A DNA stretch of 64,000 nt. Origin: Thecamonas trahens ATCC 50062. Taxonomy: Eukaryota > Protista > Apusomonadida. Positions 42,832 to 54,543 of the stretch are shown in pieces. Under the pieces are notes generated by a model that saw nothing but the letters and a program-made list of their open reading frames with translations, was not told the DNA's origin and searched no databases. Both the position numbers and the translations under genes were made by a program. Each line of letters starts with the position of its first letter. Positions within the stretch are counted from its first letter, which is position 1. Where the stretch lies: NCBI RefSeq assembly GCF_000142905.1, contig NW_013657615.1, positions 128,354 to 192,353 on the forward strand. Reading direction: 5' to 3'.

Positions 42832-43988
42832 TCAGCGCTTGCGGCGACGGCCGACCTGTGCTTGGAAACCGGAGGAAATGGTGGAGACGGCGCGGCGGGA
42901 CTGACACGAGCCACACTCGATCATGGTCAGGCGCTGCTCCTTGGCGAGCTGAGTGTTGGACGACTTGCAGTTAAAGCAGAGGACGTAGGTGGTGATGTAG
43001 CGGCGGAGCACGTTCTCGATGTGCTTGACCTGGAAGCGGCCCTTGATGGTGAGGCGGCCGTTGCCGGAGAAGGTACCGGTGGTACCCAGCTCGGCGAGCA
43101 TGAACGAGAGGACGTGCTGCGGCGAGCGGTTGATGGACTCGCAGATGGAGAGCATGTTGACAAAGCCGGTCTTCTTGGTGCCGACACGCATGAGGACGGG
43201 CGCCTCGAGCTGGAGCTGCTTGTTACCAGACTCGATGTTCGGGTTGAGCTTGCGCATGGTGGCAAAGGCGCGTGAGAGCAGAGTGCCGTACTCGTACTCC
43301 TCGCCGGTCGCCGCCACAAAGGTGCCCTGGTCCTTGTCGCCGCCAGCAGCGCCGTCGTCGGCGCCGTTGTCGGCGCCGTCGGCAGCCTCCGAGTCTGCGC
43401 TCGGCTTCTTCTTCCGGCGCTTCTTACGCTTGGACGGAAGACCGAGCGAGGGCATGGCATCGTTACCAGCGGTATCCGCCTCGTCTGCGGCAGGCGTTGC
43501 GGCCGCCGAGCCGGTCTTGCGCTTCTTCTTGCCCTTCTTCTTGGCGGGGAGGCTGAGCTCCGGAACCTGTTCCACACCACGACCGAAGGGGAGGGGGGGG
43601 ACGAGGTACGGGGGGGAGAGAGAGAGAGCAGGTAAGAACACGCAGCATTCGATTCACCCACAGAGACAGCAGCCCACACCCCCACACCCCCACACATGTC
43701 TACATTGCTCTTGCTCTGGCGTCTCTCGCCATTCGAGGCTGTGCCCATCCCCGTCACCCGCACCGCCACCATGCCCAGCGGGTGGTGGGATGGACTTTGT
43801 CGAAATTAACGAGTCAGCCTCGTCGAAGAGAACCACCACAGCCATTGCGGGAAGGAGGAGGGGGAGGGGGGGGGGGGGGAGGGGGGGAGGGAAGGGAGGG
43901 AGTGTGTGTTGGTGAAGGGGGTGGGGATGGTGGTGGTGGTGGTGGTGGTGGTGGTGGTGGCGGGGGGATGACGTACTGGCTCTGACAT
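42832..43988 (-). CDS. EIF2S2: Translation initiation factor eIF2 beta; exons 43988-43977 and 43566-42832
   Basis: Lys boxes, GTKKTGFVN, ELGTTG, IKGRF...IENVLRRYI..YVLC..CKS and ECGSCQS zinc finger. A 12-nt first exon (MSEP) is followed by a GTACGT...CAG intron. Confidence 0.95.
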
Positions 43989-44395
43989 AGTCGGTGCTGG
44001 AGTTGAGTGGTGGTGTATGTTGGTAACATGGTTGATTCATTGATGATTGAATGGTGGGGTATGTGATGTGGGTGGAGACATGCGTCCATGGCATGGTCGC
44101 TTGGTGGAAGTGGAAGTCGTCTGTGGTGGTGATGGTGGAGGGGGGGAGGGGGGAGGGAGGGAGGGGGGGGGGGGGGAGTGGGATTGGGACAAGGTGGCAG
44201 ACTGGTGCCGAGATAGTCAGACCCATGACGACCGTGCCATACCCGCACCCAACCGCCCCGCCCCACCCTGTCCCCCACTCACACCCACCCACAGAGCCAC
44301 ACACACCACACCACACGCACCGTACACAGGTCACACTCATCTCGTCTCCTGCCCGTCTCTCCCACGCTCACCCTCATTCCATCCACCACCACCTT

Positions 44396-44439
<44 letters not shown>

Positions 44440-44572
44440 GCGCGCGCGCCATGTTCCGGACACCCCTCACTCGCCTGTCGACGTACGCTACCTCCCGTCC
44501 TGCCTCTACCGCTGCCCGCTGCCCCTGTCCCTGCCACCACTACCACACTCACAGGTTCGTCGGGGGGAGGAG

Positions 44573-45013
44573 ATGGACAGCCAATGCATGACACGGGCGG
44601 TGTCGGGAAGGCCGGTGCCGAAGCGGGTGCGGCAGCTGCGTGACGCCTCGCCGTCGTCGCGGGTACCGGTGAGCGACTCGTCGTGGTTCTCCTTTGGCTC
44701 GGCAGTGAGTCATGCGCTGGCCGTGGTGGCCGGCATGGGCATTATGGTATGGTATGACTCGCTCGCCCCGGAGGCCTCGTTGCCGGAACAGATGAAGGGC
44801 ATCCTTCCGCGACTGCTGGATCGGGACACGTTGGGCGATGATGGCTTTGAGTCGGACTCGGTCCTCAACTCGGCGTTCAAGACGTACATTCCCTCAGTCT
44901 TTGACGACGATGAGGAAAACGAGGCCCACGAGGCTGTCCGCGACCGCCTCAAGGCACATATGCCGCGCTTCTTCCACGACGACGACGACGACGATGACGA
45001 CGATGACGATTAG
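44573..45013 (+). CDS. Small single-TM hypothetical protein with acidic tail (5' end uncertain)
   Basis: TM ALAVVAGMGIMVWY and poly-Asp C-terminus. A possible upstream exon starts at 44451 with a GTACGC donor. Confidence 0.5.
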   Translation: MDSQCMTRAVSGRPVPKRVRQLRDASPSSRVPVSDSSWFSFGSAVSHALAVVAGMGIMVWYDSLAPEASLPEQMKGILPRLLDRDTLGDDGFESDSVLNSAFKTYIPSVFDDDEENEAHEAVRDRLKAHMPRFFHDDDDDDDDDDD

Positions 45014-45749
45014 TGACGCTACAGACGGAGCAAGTGGGTAGCGGCAAGGGTGGCGCGATTGATGACAAGTTTCTCGATTACCATCCCATTTGCCAGCTAC
45101 CTAGGACGCACGTTCGGTGCTCATTGGTCCATACGTAAAGCGGCAGGGTGGGAGGGAGGCAAAAGCGCGGCAGCATGTGTGAGAGCCTTGACTTCCTCTT
45201 TGATCTCCGATCGAAAAACCAGCTCATGCGTATGTTTCTCTTCCCGCTCACCACGACCTGCGCTCTCGCCACCCTTTCAACACCGGCTCCTCAACATGCG
45301 CTTCACCATCGCTTTCGCTGCAGCCTTTCGCTGTCCGCGCTTATGGGCCCAGCATTTCTAAATCGCCCTCTCCTCCTCCCTCCCTCCGCTGCTTGATCGT
45401 CCGGCTGGGCAAACTCAACCACCCAGTGCATTGGCTAGGCCACTTTCCCTGACTCGATCTCCTTCCGCCACTCTATGTATAGCCACCATTGCCCAGCCAA
45501 GCCCCGATGCATGGGCCATCACGGGGAGGCGTGAGCTAGGCTGGATAGGCAAGAGGAAAGCAAGGGCGTCAGTCGGGAGCAGAGTTGGTTGGGGAAGAAA
45601 ATAGCAAACGCCCTCTCCCGAAAAAAAACGCTACCAATGCGCATCAGTAACGGCCACCGAAGGAAAAAGGCTGGCAGGCGTTTGTGGGGGGGGAGGGAGG
45701 GAGGGACGAGCATACCGCACTCTTTTTCGAGGAGAGAGTTCTGAAGACT

Positions 45750-48071
45750 ATGTCTACCACGTCTGGCACTGACTCGTCAAACTCGTATGGCTCTGACGCT
45801 AGCTCGGAGTATGTGTCCGACTCGTACTCGTCGTCTGCGGCTTCGGCGTCGGGCGACAACTTTCCGCCCGACGGCAAGCCGCATCGCTCGCCGCTGCTTG
45901 GGCCCGACGACGAGCTCATCACTCGCCCTGCCCAGTACCCGGATGTTGAGACCACCCATGACGCGTTCATGACTTCGGTGGCGGCCCGCCCGGATGCGCC
46001 CTTCCTCGGCAGCCGCAAACTCATCTCGCCCGGTCGCGCGCCTGCGGCTGCCGCCTCGTCTGGCACTGGCACTGGCTCATCGTCGGGAAGCTCGTCGAGC
46101 TCGTCGAGCGGATCGGAGCAGGCCGAGGCAGCGGACGAGGGCGAGGCGGCCGAGTTTGGACCGTTTGAGTGGAAGAGCTATGGCGAGGTTGCGGAGCTCG
46201 TGCGGCACTTTGGCTCTGCGCTGGTCAAGATCAAGATGGGCAAGGTGCTTGGGTTGTACATGGACAACTGCGAGGAGTGGGTGATTGCGCAGCTTGCGGC
46301 CAACGCGATGGGCAAGGCTGTGGGCGGGATGTACGACACGCTTGGCGAGGAGGCGCTGCGGTACTGCATCGACATGGCGGAGATGAGCGTGGTGGTGGCG
46401 TCGGGTAAGAACCTGCCGCGGATCCTGGCGGTGGCAGAGGATACGCCGACGCTCAAGTACGTGGTCTACCCGAACGGGTCTGTGGACAAGAAGGCGGCGC
46501 GTGCGGCCAAGAAGACGGCCAAGGCGCGCGGGATCAAGCTTTACTCGTTTGACGAGATGTACGCGCTCGGGGCCAAGGGCAAGGTGCATAAGTTTGCCTC
46601 GCAGCGCAAGCTCAACGCGTCGACGCTCAACACACTCTGTTTCACCTCGGGCACGACAGGCCTGCCCAAGGCGGTCAAGCTGACGCATGGCAATCTGGTG
46701 GCCAACCTGGCGGGCGGGATGGCGTCCGGGCTGAAGCTCGAGCGCTTTGGCGAGGTCCATCTCTCGTACCTCCCGCTGCCGCACGTCTTTGAGCGGCTCA
46801 TCCAGCTTGGGGTGACGGTGACGGGCGGGGCCATCGGGTTCTTTACCGGTGACGTGCGGAACTTGCTGGCGGATGTCAAGGAGCTGCGGCCGACGATTTT
46901 CCCGGCGGTCCCTCGGGTGCTCAATCGGATCTACTCCAAGGTGATGGGCGACGTGGAGGCGACGGGCGGGACAAAGGCCATGCTGTTCCGGCGGGCGTAC
47001 AAGACGAAGCTCAAGAACATGCGCAAGGGCGGGTGCTGCTGCTGCTGTCGCGGGTGCTGCAAGAAGCCGAACAACACGCACATGGTGTGGGACCGGCTGG
47101 TGTTCAAGAAGACCAAGGCTGCGCTCGGTGGGCGAGTCAAGATCATGGTCACGGGCTCGGCGCCGCTCTCATCGGACGTCATGGAGTTCCTCCGCATCGC
47201 CTTTGCCTGCACCGTCCTTGAAGGCTACGGCCAGACCGAGTGCACGGCGGCAGCAACGCTGACCGACGCCAAGGACTTTACCGTCGGCCACGTCGGCTTC
47301 CCGGTCCCATGCGGCGAGATCGCGCTCGCTTCGGTGCCCGACATGGGCTACTACCCGGACGACGTCGAGGTGCCGCGCAAGGCGCGCAAGGCCGGCAACA
47401 TCAAGGTAGGCGGCGAGATCTGCCTCCGCGGCCCGCACGTCATGTCGGGCTACTACAAGAATGCCGAGAAGACGGCCGAGACCATCGACTCGGAGGGCTG
47501 GCTCCACACTGGCGACATTGGCATGTGGCTGCCCGACGGCCAGCTCAAGATCATCGACCGCAAGAAGGCACTCTTCAAGCTCTCGCAGGGTGAGTACGTC
47601 GCGCCTGACAAGTGCGAGGGCGTGCTCGCACTCTCGCCGCTTGTCGCGCAGGTCTTTGTTCACGGCGACTCGCTCCAGCCGCGGGTGGTGGCCGTTGTTG
47701 TCCCCGACGCCGACGCCGCCGCCGCCTGGGCCGAGGAGAACGCCGACAAGCTTCGCAAGGGCAAGGGCAAGGGCAAGGGCAAGGGCAAGGGCAAGGGCAA
47801 GGGCAAGGATAAGGCCTCGCTCTATTCGTCGCCTGACTTCCGCAAGGCCATTCTCGCCTCGATGGTGGCCGAGGGCCGCGCCGCAGGCCAGGACGGCCAC
47901 CCGAAGCTCCGTGGCTTTGAGATCCCCATCAACGTCTACCTCCACCCGCGTGAGTTTGGCGACGACGAGCTGACGACACCGACGCAGAAGCTCAAGCGCT
48001 CGGTCGCTGCTGAGTTCTTTGCCGACGAGATCGAGGCCATGTACGAGGAGGGGGCCATCCTTGACAAGTAG
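45750..48071 (+). CDS. ACSL: Long-chain acyl-CoA synthetase
   Basis: FTSGTTGLPK, SYLPLPHVFER, EGYGQTE, GWLHTGDIG, IIDRKK..FKLSQGEYVAP and TPTQKLKR. Confidence 0.96.
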   Translation: MSTTSGTDSSNSYGSDASSEYVSDSYSSSAASASGDNFPPDGKPHRSPLLGPDDELITRPAQYPDVETTHDAFMTSVAARPDAPFLGSRKLISPGRAPAAAASSGTGTGSSSGSSSSSSSGSEQAEAADEGEAAEFGPFEWKSYGEVAELVRHFGSALVKIKMGKVLGLYMDNCEEWVIAQLAANAMGKAVGGMYDTLGEEALRYCIDMAEMSVVVASGKNLPRILAVAEDTPTLKYVVYPNGSVDKKAARAAKKTAKARGIKLYSFDEMYALGAKGKVHKFASQRKLNASTLNTLCFTSGTTGLPKAVKLTHGNLVANLAGGMASGLKLERFGEVHLSYLPLPHVFERLIQLGVTVTGGAIGFFTGDVRNLLADVKELRPTIFPAVPRVLNRIYSKVMGDVEATGGTKAMLFRRAYKTKLKNMRKGGCCCCCRGCCKKPNNTHMVWDRLVFKKTKAALGGRVKIMVTGSAPLSSDVMEFLRIAFACTVLEGYGQTECTAAATLTDAKDFTVGHVGFPVPCGEIALASVPDMGYYPDDVEVPRKARKAGNIKVGGEICLRGPHVMSGYYKNAEKTAETIDSEGWLHTGDIGMWLPDGQLKIIDRKKALFKLSQGEYVAPDKCEGVLALSPLVAQVFVHGDSLQPRVVAVVVPDADAAAAWAEENADKLRKGKGKGKGKGKGKGKGKDKASLYSSPDFRKAILASMVAEGRAAGQDGHPKLRGFEIPINVYLHPREFGDDELTTPTQKLKRSVAAEFFADEIEAMYEEGAILDK

Positions 48072-48262
48072 TCGGCGCGTCGTAAAGTGGTGTTTGTGAA
48101 TGGGTGTGCGTTTGTGTGTGTGCGTATGAGAGTGTGTGTGTGTGAGGGGGAGGGGGGTGGGGTGGGGTGGATATGGAGCAATCCGCGCGCGACAGGGCTT
48201 GGCATCAGCGCCAACGCCACCTGCGGGCTGCGGTGTGGTGGAGAACAGCTGAAAACAAGCCA

Positions 48263-49220
48263 TCAGCTGATGATGCAGCAGCACTGGCTTGAGTTAGGCT
48301 CCGGATCGGGGGCTTCCTTGGGATCGGTGGCGTTCTGGCGCGGCTCGGGACGGGCGAGGATGGCCTCGTAGGCCGGAAAGTCAGCGTCGTACTGGGAAAA
48401 GATGGAAAAGTAAAAGGCGTCAAAGTCGTCGTAGGTGACAGCGTCCGGGTTGTACATGGTCTGGCGCATCTCGACGAGGATGACCTTTTCTCTGATATTG
48501 AGAAAGTAGGCGAGGCGTGTGGCGAGGTCTGCGGTGGTGATCTGGACCGAGTCGAGGCGGAGCATGCGCCAGATAGCGCTCGAGTGGCGGAACCAGAACT
48601 TTGTCAGAACCTTGCCGTAGGCAGAGAGCGCAATGGCGATAAAGATGAAGACCTGCTCAAAGTACAGCTCGCCCTGATCTTCCACGTCCAGGTAGTCGAG
48701 CCAGTCGAGAAGCTGATGATCGGTCAGCTGAGTCACCTCGCGACCAAACAGCACAAACTCGTCCTCTCCAAAGGTCAGCACCGATGATGCGCCCACCAGC
48801 TTTTTTGTCGCACGGAGAGAGAACCAGTACTGCAAGCCGGCGAGGCCTTCGGTTGTGTACATCGAGTCGTACAGCCGAGCCGCCTCGGCACGTGCGTCCA
48901 CGTTGAGTTTGTTCGACTAGGGGAGGGGGGAGGAAGGGGGGGGGGGTGAGTGGAGGGGGGAGGGGGGAGGGGGAGGGCGCATGGTGGTGGCGTGGTGGCT
49001 TGGTGGCATGGTGTGGCGTGGTGGTGTGGTGGCGTGGTGGCGTGGCCTGGCGGGAGGAGGGGAGGAGGAGGAGGAGGAGGAAGAGGAGGTGACATTGTGT
49101 GCGTGCGTGTGTATGGGTAGGAGGGGGGGGTGTAGGTGAGGGGTGGCATACGTGTTCGCTTTGGCTCTGTGCGCTCTGTCGGAAGAGGATGTCGCGTAGG
49201 AGCACCACGTCGACCCGCAT
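48263..49220 (-). CDS. EFCAB9: EF-hand protein, EFCAB9-like; exons 49220-49152 and 48916-48263
   Basis: EFVLFGREVTQLTDHQLLDWLDYLDVEDQGELYFEQVFIFIAI...FWFRHS..IWRML parallels EFCAB9. Intron GTATGC...TAG, phase 0. C-terminus is CCCIIS. Confidence 0.72.
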
Positions 49221-49389
49221 GGCGTGTCGGCTACCGGTGGTGCCTCGGCCAATTGGGGGAGTGGAATGAATGATTGGTTGTTGGCTTGGGTAAGAGAAGG
49301 GGGGTGGGTGGCTGCCAACCGCTGAATGTTCCATGGCGAAAACGGCGCGAGACGGTCGACACAAGGCAGTGAGGAGGGCGGGGGGACAT

Positions 49390-52300
49390 TTACAGCCGCG
49401 GCTGAGCGGGTACGGGGCGGGCCGGGATGGGCTCGGTGTAGTTGTAGGGGAAGACGCCTTCGGCGCCAGTGGCGAGGGCACCGAGCGCCCAGCCGTCGTC
49501 GTAGATGGCAAAGATGGAGAGCTTGTCGCCGCGGGCAAAGGAGAGCTCGTCGGCCGACGAGCCGTGGAAGGGATAGCGAGCGACAACAACTTCGAGGACG
49601 ACGCGAGCGGCCTCGGCGGCGGCGGCAGCGCCGACGTCGGTGCTGAGCGTTGCTGGCGCTGGATCGTACGAGTCGTAGGTGTCGAGGCCGGGCTTGGTCA
49701 CCATCGAGCTGTCGCTGGCCATGATGACCGAGAGCTCGGTACCGGGCTGGGCCGCGGTGGTGGCAAACGAGTCGAAAAAGTCTGTGGCATCGGCGTTGCG
49801 CCGGCGAACGACGAGGACGATGACAACGGCGGCGACGAGGACGACGACGCCTGCGCCAGCGGCGATGAAAATCCACATTGACAGGCCGCCGATGCCTGAC
49901 GATGACGGCGGCGACGGCGTGTTGGACGCCGCAACCGACGCGTCGAGCGCATCCTGGTTGCCCTCGATCGCCATGAATGCGACTGACGTCGCCACCGAGG
50001 TGTCGATCCACACATACATCTCCGACAGCGCGCGGGTCTCCAGCACAGTGTACGAGACCTGCTGGCCGCCGGCCGACGCCGACGCCGCACCGAGGTCGAC
50101 GGCGCCCGAGTTACCGGTCCTGATTGTCAGCCGCGCACCGGGCGCGTCCGGCACTGCGGCAACGGTCATCGGCCCAGTCATCTCGCCGAGCGCTATGCGG
50201 ACAAAAACGGGTGACGTCGGGTTCGCGCGGTCACCGACCTGCACCAGCGTGCCCGAGTACGAGACCGAGTGCACCATTTTGGCCACGCAGGTGTTGGTGG
50301 CGCTCACCTCCTCACCCCAGCCGCAAGAGGCGGGCGTGACGGATGGAGGCGGGGCGGGGGTGGGGGTCGGCGTGGGGGTGGGAGTTGGGGTAGGCGGCGA
50401 CGGCGGTGATCCGGGGGCCGGGGTGGGGGCCGGGGTGGGAGATGGAGTCGGGCCTGGAGTGGGGGCCGGGGTGGGGGCCGGGGTTGGGCCTGGAGTGGGG
50501 GCCGGGGTGGGGGCCGGGGTGGGGGCCGGGGTTGGACCGGGAGTGGGAGCTGGGGTTGGGCCTGGCGTGGGCGATGGAGTCGGGGCCGGGGTTGGGCCTG
50601 GCGTGGGCGATGGAGTCGGGGCCGGGGTGGGGGCCGGAGTCGGGGCCGGAGTCGGGGCCGGAGTCGGGGCCGGAGTCGGGGCCGGAGTCGGGGCCGGAGT
50701 CGGGGCCGGAGTCGGGGCCGGAGTCGGGGCCGGGGTGGGGGCCGGAGTCGGGGCCGGAGTCGGGGCCGGAGTGCAGATGTTGCCAACTCGGTACATCGAC
50801 TTGGAGGTGCCTCCAGTGGTGTCGGGGATGTGCGAGTAGATGCCGACCTGATCTAGGAGGTACGACTGGAAGAGGTTGGGCGCGGACCCGGAAAAGCCAG
50901 TGGAGCAGAGGAAGAAGCGGTTGGCGGAGCGAGCACCCGAGGCGGCAAAGCCGAGCTCGGTGAGCGGGATGCGGACCAGGGTCCATGCCTCGCGCGTCAC
51001 GGCACCGTTGTGAAAGTGTGAAGCATCGAGCCAGACCTTGCCGAAGCGGGAGCCGTCGGTGTAGCGAACGTCGGCAAAGATCTTGACGGCGGTCGGGTTG
51101 GTGTCAACGCGCCGCATCCAGAACTGAAAGTACCGCGAGCTGGAGGGGATGCTGTAGGTGTTGGGCGAGTTGGCGGTGAAGCGGAGGCACGAGGACTCGC
51201 CAAACTTGTAGTAGTACGACGAGGTGCCGCACCGCTCGTCGGCCGAGTAGCCCTTGTTTTCGTCGGCGTCGTACGGGCCGTACGAAGAGTCGACGCAGCC
51301 GGGCTCGGTATCGCCGTCCTTGTAAAAGGTGAGGTCACCGTCGCCGCACGGAACCGCCGGCTCGGGCGTGGAGGTCGGCGCCGAGCACGAGCCGTCGTGG
51401 CATCCGATGCGGGCAACTAGGGCCGGGCTATGTGCCGCAGTCGAGAGCGCAACCTCGTACTCACCGGCCCACAGCGACTCGTGCTGGACCCAGGCGAGCT
51501 GGAGGCCACCTTCCCACGGTGCAGCGAGCGTGCCGAGGTCGCGGATGATGTTGCTCGGGTTGCCGCGCTCGCGGATGACCGCTGACGTGATGCCGACCAG
51601 CGAGGTCTCGATGTTCCAGTGGACGGTGCCGAGCGCCGGAAAGTACTCAAACCAGGCGGTACCTGAAGCCGTCGAAGATGAGCCGGCCTGGCAGGCCTGG
51701 AGGTCGCCGCGGTAGGTGTCGTACGACCACGGCATGTCTGCCGGCAGCGCTGGGTTGCCGGCGGCGCAATTGCCACCGCACGACGCCTGGATGTCAATCG
51801 AGGCGGTGCCCTCGGACGTGGTAAAGCCAAACAGGTCCCAGTTCGCGTCGCCAATCTCCTGCACAAACACGTGCAGCCAGCGGCCCTCAAAGATCCATGG
51901 GTTGTCGTAGGAGAGCTGGGCGCGCGATGCCGCGGCAGGCATAGCTGTTCCAGAGCGTGTGATGGTAAAAGTGGTCCCGGTCGGGTAGGGGAAGGCGACG
52001 GTGTACCACGAGAGGTCAGGCGCGTAGTGGTGGTACGGGCGAAGGAAAGGCGGAGTGTTGTGCGGGAAGCGCATGGCATAGGCGCGGCGCGGCACAACAT
52101 TGAGTTTGTACTCCCGCGGGTCGATGCCGCGGCCGTCTCCAGTGGTGATGCCGGCAGCGCCGTTGGAGAGCGCGTAAAAGGTGCCGCGGACGTGGTCGGT
52201 GTTGGAGCCGTAGTTTGTACCGGGCACGTTCTCGTTATCGATGCGGAGCGAAGCGACACCACCCGGGAACGAGGGACAGACGCGGAGGCCACCGTCTGAG

Positions 52301-54284
52301 CCCCAGTCAGGGTGCGAGACGCAGCCGGTTGAGGGCATGTTGGCTCGGATAAGCGGCTCGTCGGTGAAAATCCAGCCGCCGACGTGGCCGGTGAGGGTGC
52401 CGTCGACGTCGCGGACGGCCATGCGGACGGCGTTTTCGGAGATGGGCGAGCAGAACTTGATAAAGGCCGGCTGCGAGTTGTCGAGGACTGGGCCGAGGTT
52501 GCCGCGACCGCGGATCTTGTTGCTCGCAGTGTGCGAGTTGGGCGCGCAAATGTGCTGGCTCACGGCGCCGGCTGGGCGGAAGGCATCCGAGGTGTAGCCA
52601 ACGGCACGGAAGCCGTCGAGGTAGGCCGGCCCGTCGTTGTCGTACTGCTGAAAGGCGGCGACAGGCTCTGAGGTCGACGACGGCGAGGCGAGGGAGCGGC
52701 CGGCGGAGATCTCGAGTGGAGTCCGCGGCTCGCCGACGTTGGGCGTGTTCTCAAAGGCGAGGAGGTCCTCGATGATGTTGAACGAGCCGACAACGTTGAC
52801 GCCAGCCTTGCAGTTGGCAATGACTGGGCGGAGAAAGCGGAAGCGGCGGCCGCGCGACCAGATGCCGAGGTTGGTGCACTTGTAGGCGACAATGTCTGAG
52901 ATGACGGTGTCGACCATGGAGCGGGTCGAGTATGACGACGCGTCCCACGGACCGGGCCGTGGCTTGAACACCGCCTGCTCGATCGAGTTGTCGGGCCGCG
53001 GGCCAAAGTCGAACATGAGGCCGTCGCGGCACGAGTGGACGGTGCAGGAGCGGAGCGAGGTCAGCGGCATCTGGCGCGGGTAGATGTCGGAGGAGGCGTA
53101 CTTGGCCTGGGAGAGGCCGATGACCCGCTCGGAGAGGGCGACCCAGATACCGGTGTCAAAGCCGGCGACGGCGCAGTTCTCGACGGTGTTCTGAGCGTTC
53201 GCGAGCCAGATGCCCGACGGCTTGTTGTCGTGTGGAAGGAGCGAGCCGTCACGGCCAGTGACGACCAGGTTGTTGGTGATGACGTTGTCGGTCTCGGGCC
53301 CGTCCTCAAGAAAGATGGCGTGGCCGACAATGTCGTAGCAGACGTTGCCGTCGACAGTGAGCGAGCGGGTGTCGTGGAGCACGATGCACCGCTGGTACGA
53401 GCGGTGGATAGACGAGTCGCGGATGTACGAGCCGAGGGCGGTGACATCCTGCGAGAGGTGAAAGTGGACCGGGTAGCGGCCGAGAAAGTTGCGCTGGCCG
53501 GCGCGGGTGATCTCGACTGCAGTGAGGCGGACGGTGGCCTCGTTGTGGATGATCTGGACGCCAAACTCGGAGGACTCAGACGAGGCGTCGCCTTGGATCT
53601 TGATGTTGCGCGAGAGGAGGCCAACCTCGCCGACCTCGTAGCCGTCGCCGTAGTGCATGTGCGCGAGCGGGGTGGCAAAGTGCAGCCGGCGGTTCCCGTT
53701 TGACCGCGAAGTGATGGTGCGGACCTCGGTCTGGTCGGCGTAAAAGTCAGTGGTGACAATGACAATCTCGTCGCCCGGGTTCCAGCCTGACGCCGAGGCC
53801 TCGAGGTCGACGTAGGTCCGCCCGGCCGGCGCGGTGGCGGCAAGGCGGGTCCATGTCCGAGCAGGCGACGAGCCATGGAGCTCGAGCGTGCCGCCGGTGT
53901 GTGTGCCAATGCCCTTGGAGCCGAGCCCGTTGCCGAGGTTGTCGATCGATGACGCGGCGCCAGCAAAGGTAAAACAATGTCTGCCGTGAGGCGACAGTCG
54001 GGCGAGCCGCCAATGAGGGCGCCGCCCGAGTCGATGCGGATGTGGTTGATGTCGATGTTCATGGCGGTGTTGTCCAGAATGACCGTACCACCATTGCGAA
54101 TACGCAACGAAGAGAGACTCACCGAGGTGTCCAGCAGAATGGTGGTGGTGATCGACGGCGAGCTACCGGCTGGCGGGTTGGTCGACCACCGGTTCGTAAC
54201 GCTTGCGTGCGGACAAGCGGCAGTCACCGGTGGCGCCCAGAGCACGGACGCGAGGAGGAGCGCAAGCGTCAGGTGCCACAACAT
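49390..54284 (-). CDS. G8/TMEM2-CEMIP-like beta-helix surface protein with CHRD-like region, Pro-Thr stalk, TM and cytoplasmic SH3; apparent frameshift at 53971-53974
   Basis: Signal peptide and G8 domain (IRNGGTVI...[12 protein letters not shown]...[13 protein letters not shown]...[14 protein letters not shown]), then [29 protein letters not shown] and [10 protein letters not shown]. (PTPA)n stalk, TM, and SH3 ARYPF...DELSF..GD...DGW...GVFPYNY. Confidence 0.88.
50417..50770 (-). repeat. 12-bp coding tandem repeat encoding (PTPA/PTPG)n
   Basis: GTCGGGGCCGGA-type units within the CDS. Confidence 0.95.
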
Positions 54285-54543
54285 ACTGTACAGAGGGGAA
54301 GGAAGTTGGAGGGCCACGGCTGTGAGTAGGTGGAGGCGTGGTCGTGCAGGTGCATGGGCAGGAGGTGGAGGAGGAGGGAGGGAAGGGCTTGCAAGGGTGG
54401 TAAGGCGATGTACATTTTTTTTCTGCGGGGAGAGGGTGCGGCAGAGACGAATGGAAGGCAAATAAGTGATGAACGGCTTGATTGATGGTTTGTCGGGTGA
54501 GGGCTGACTTTTTCGGGTGGGCCACGCGCGTGGAGCATGACGA

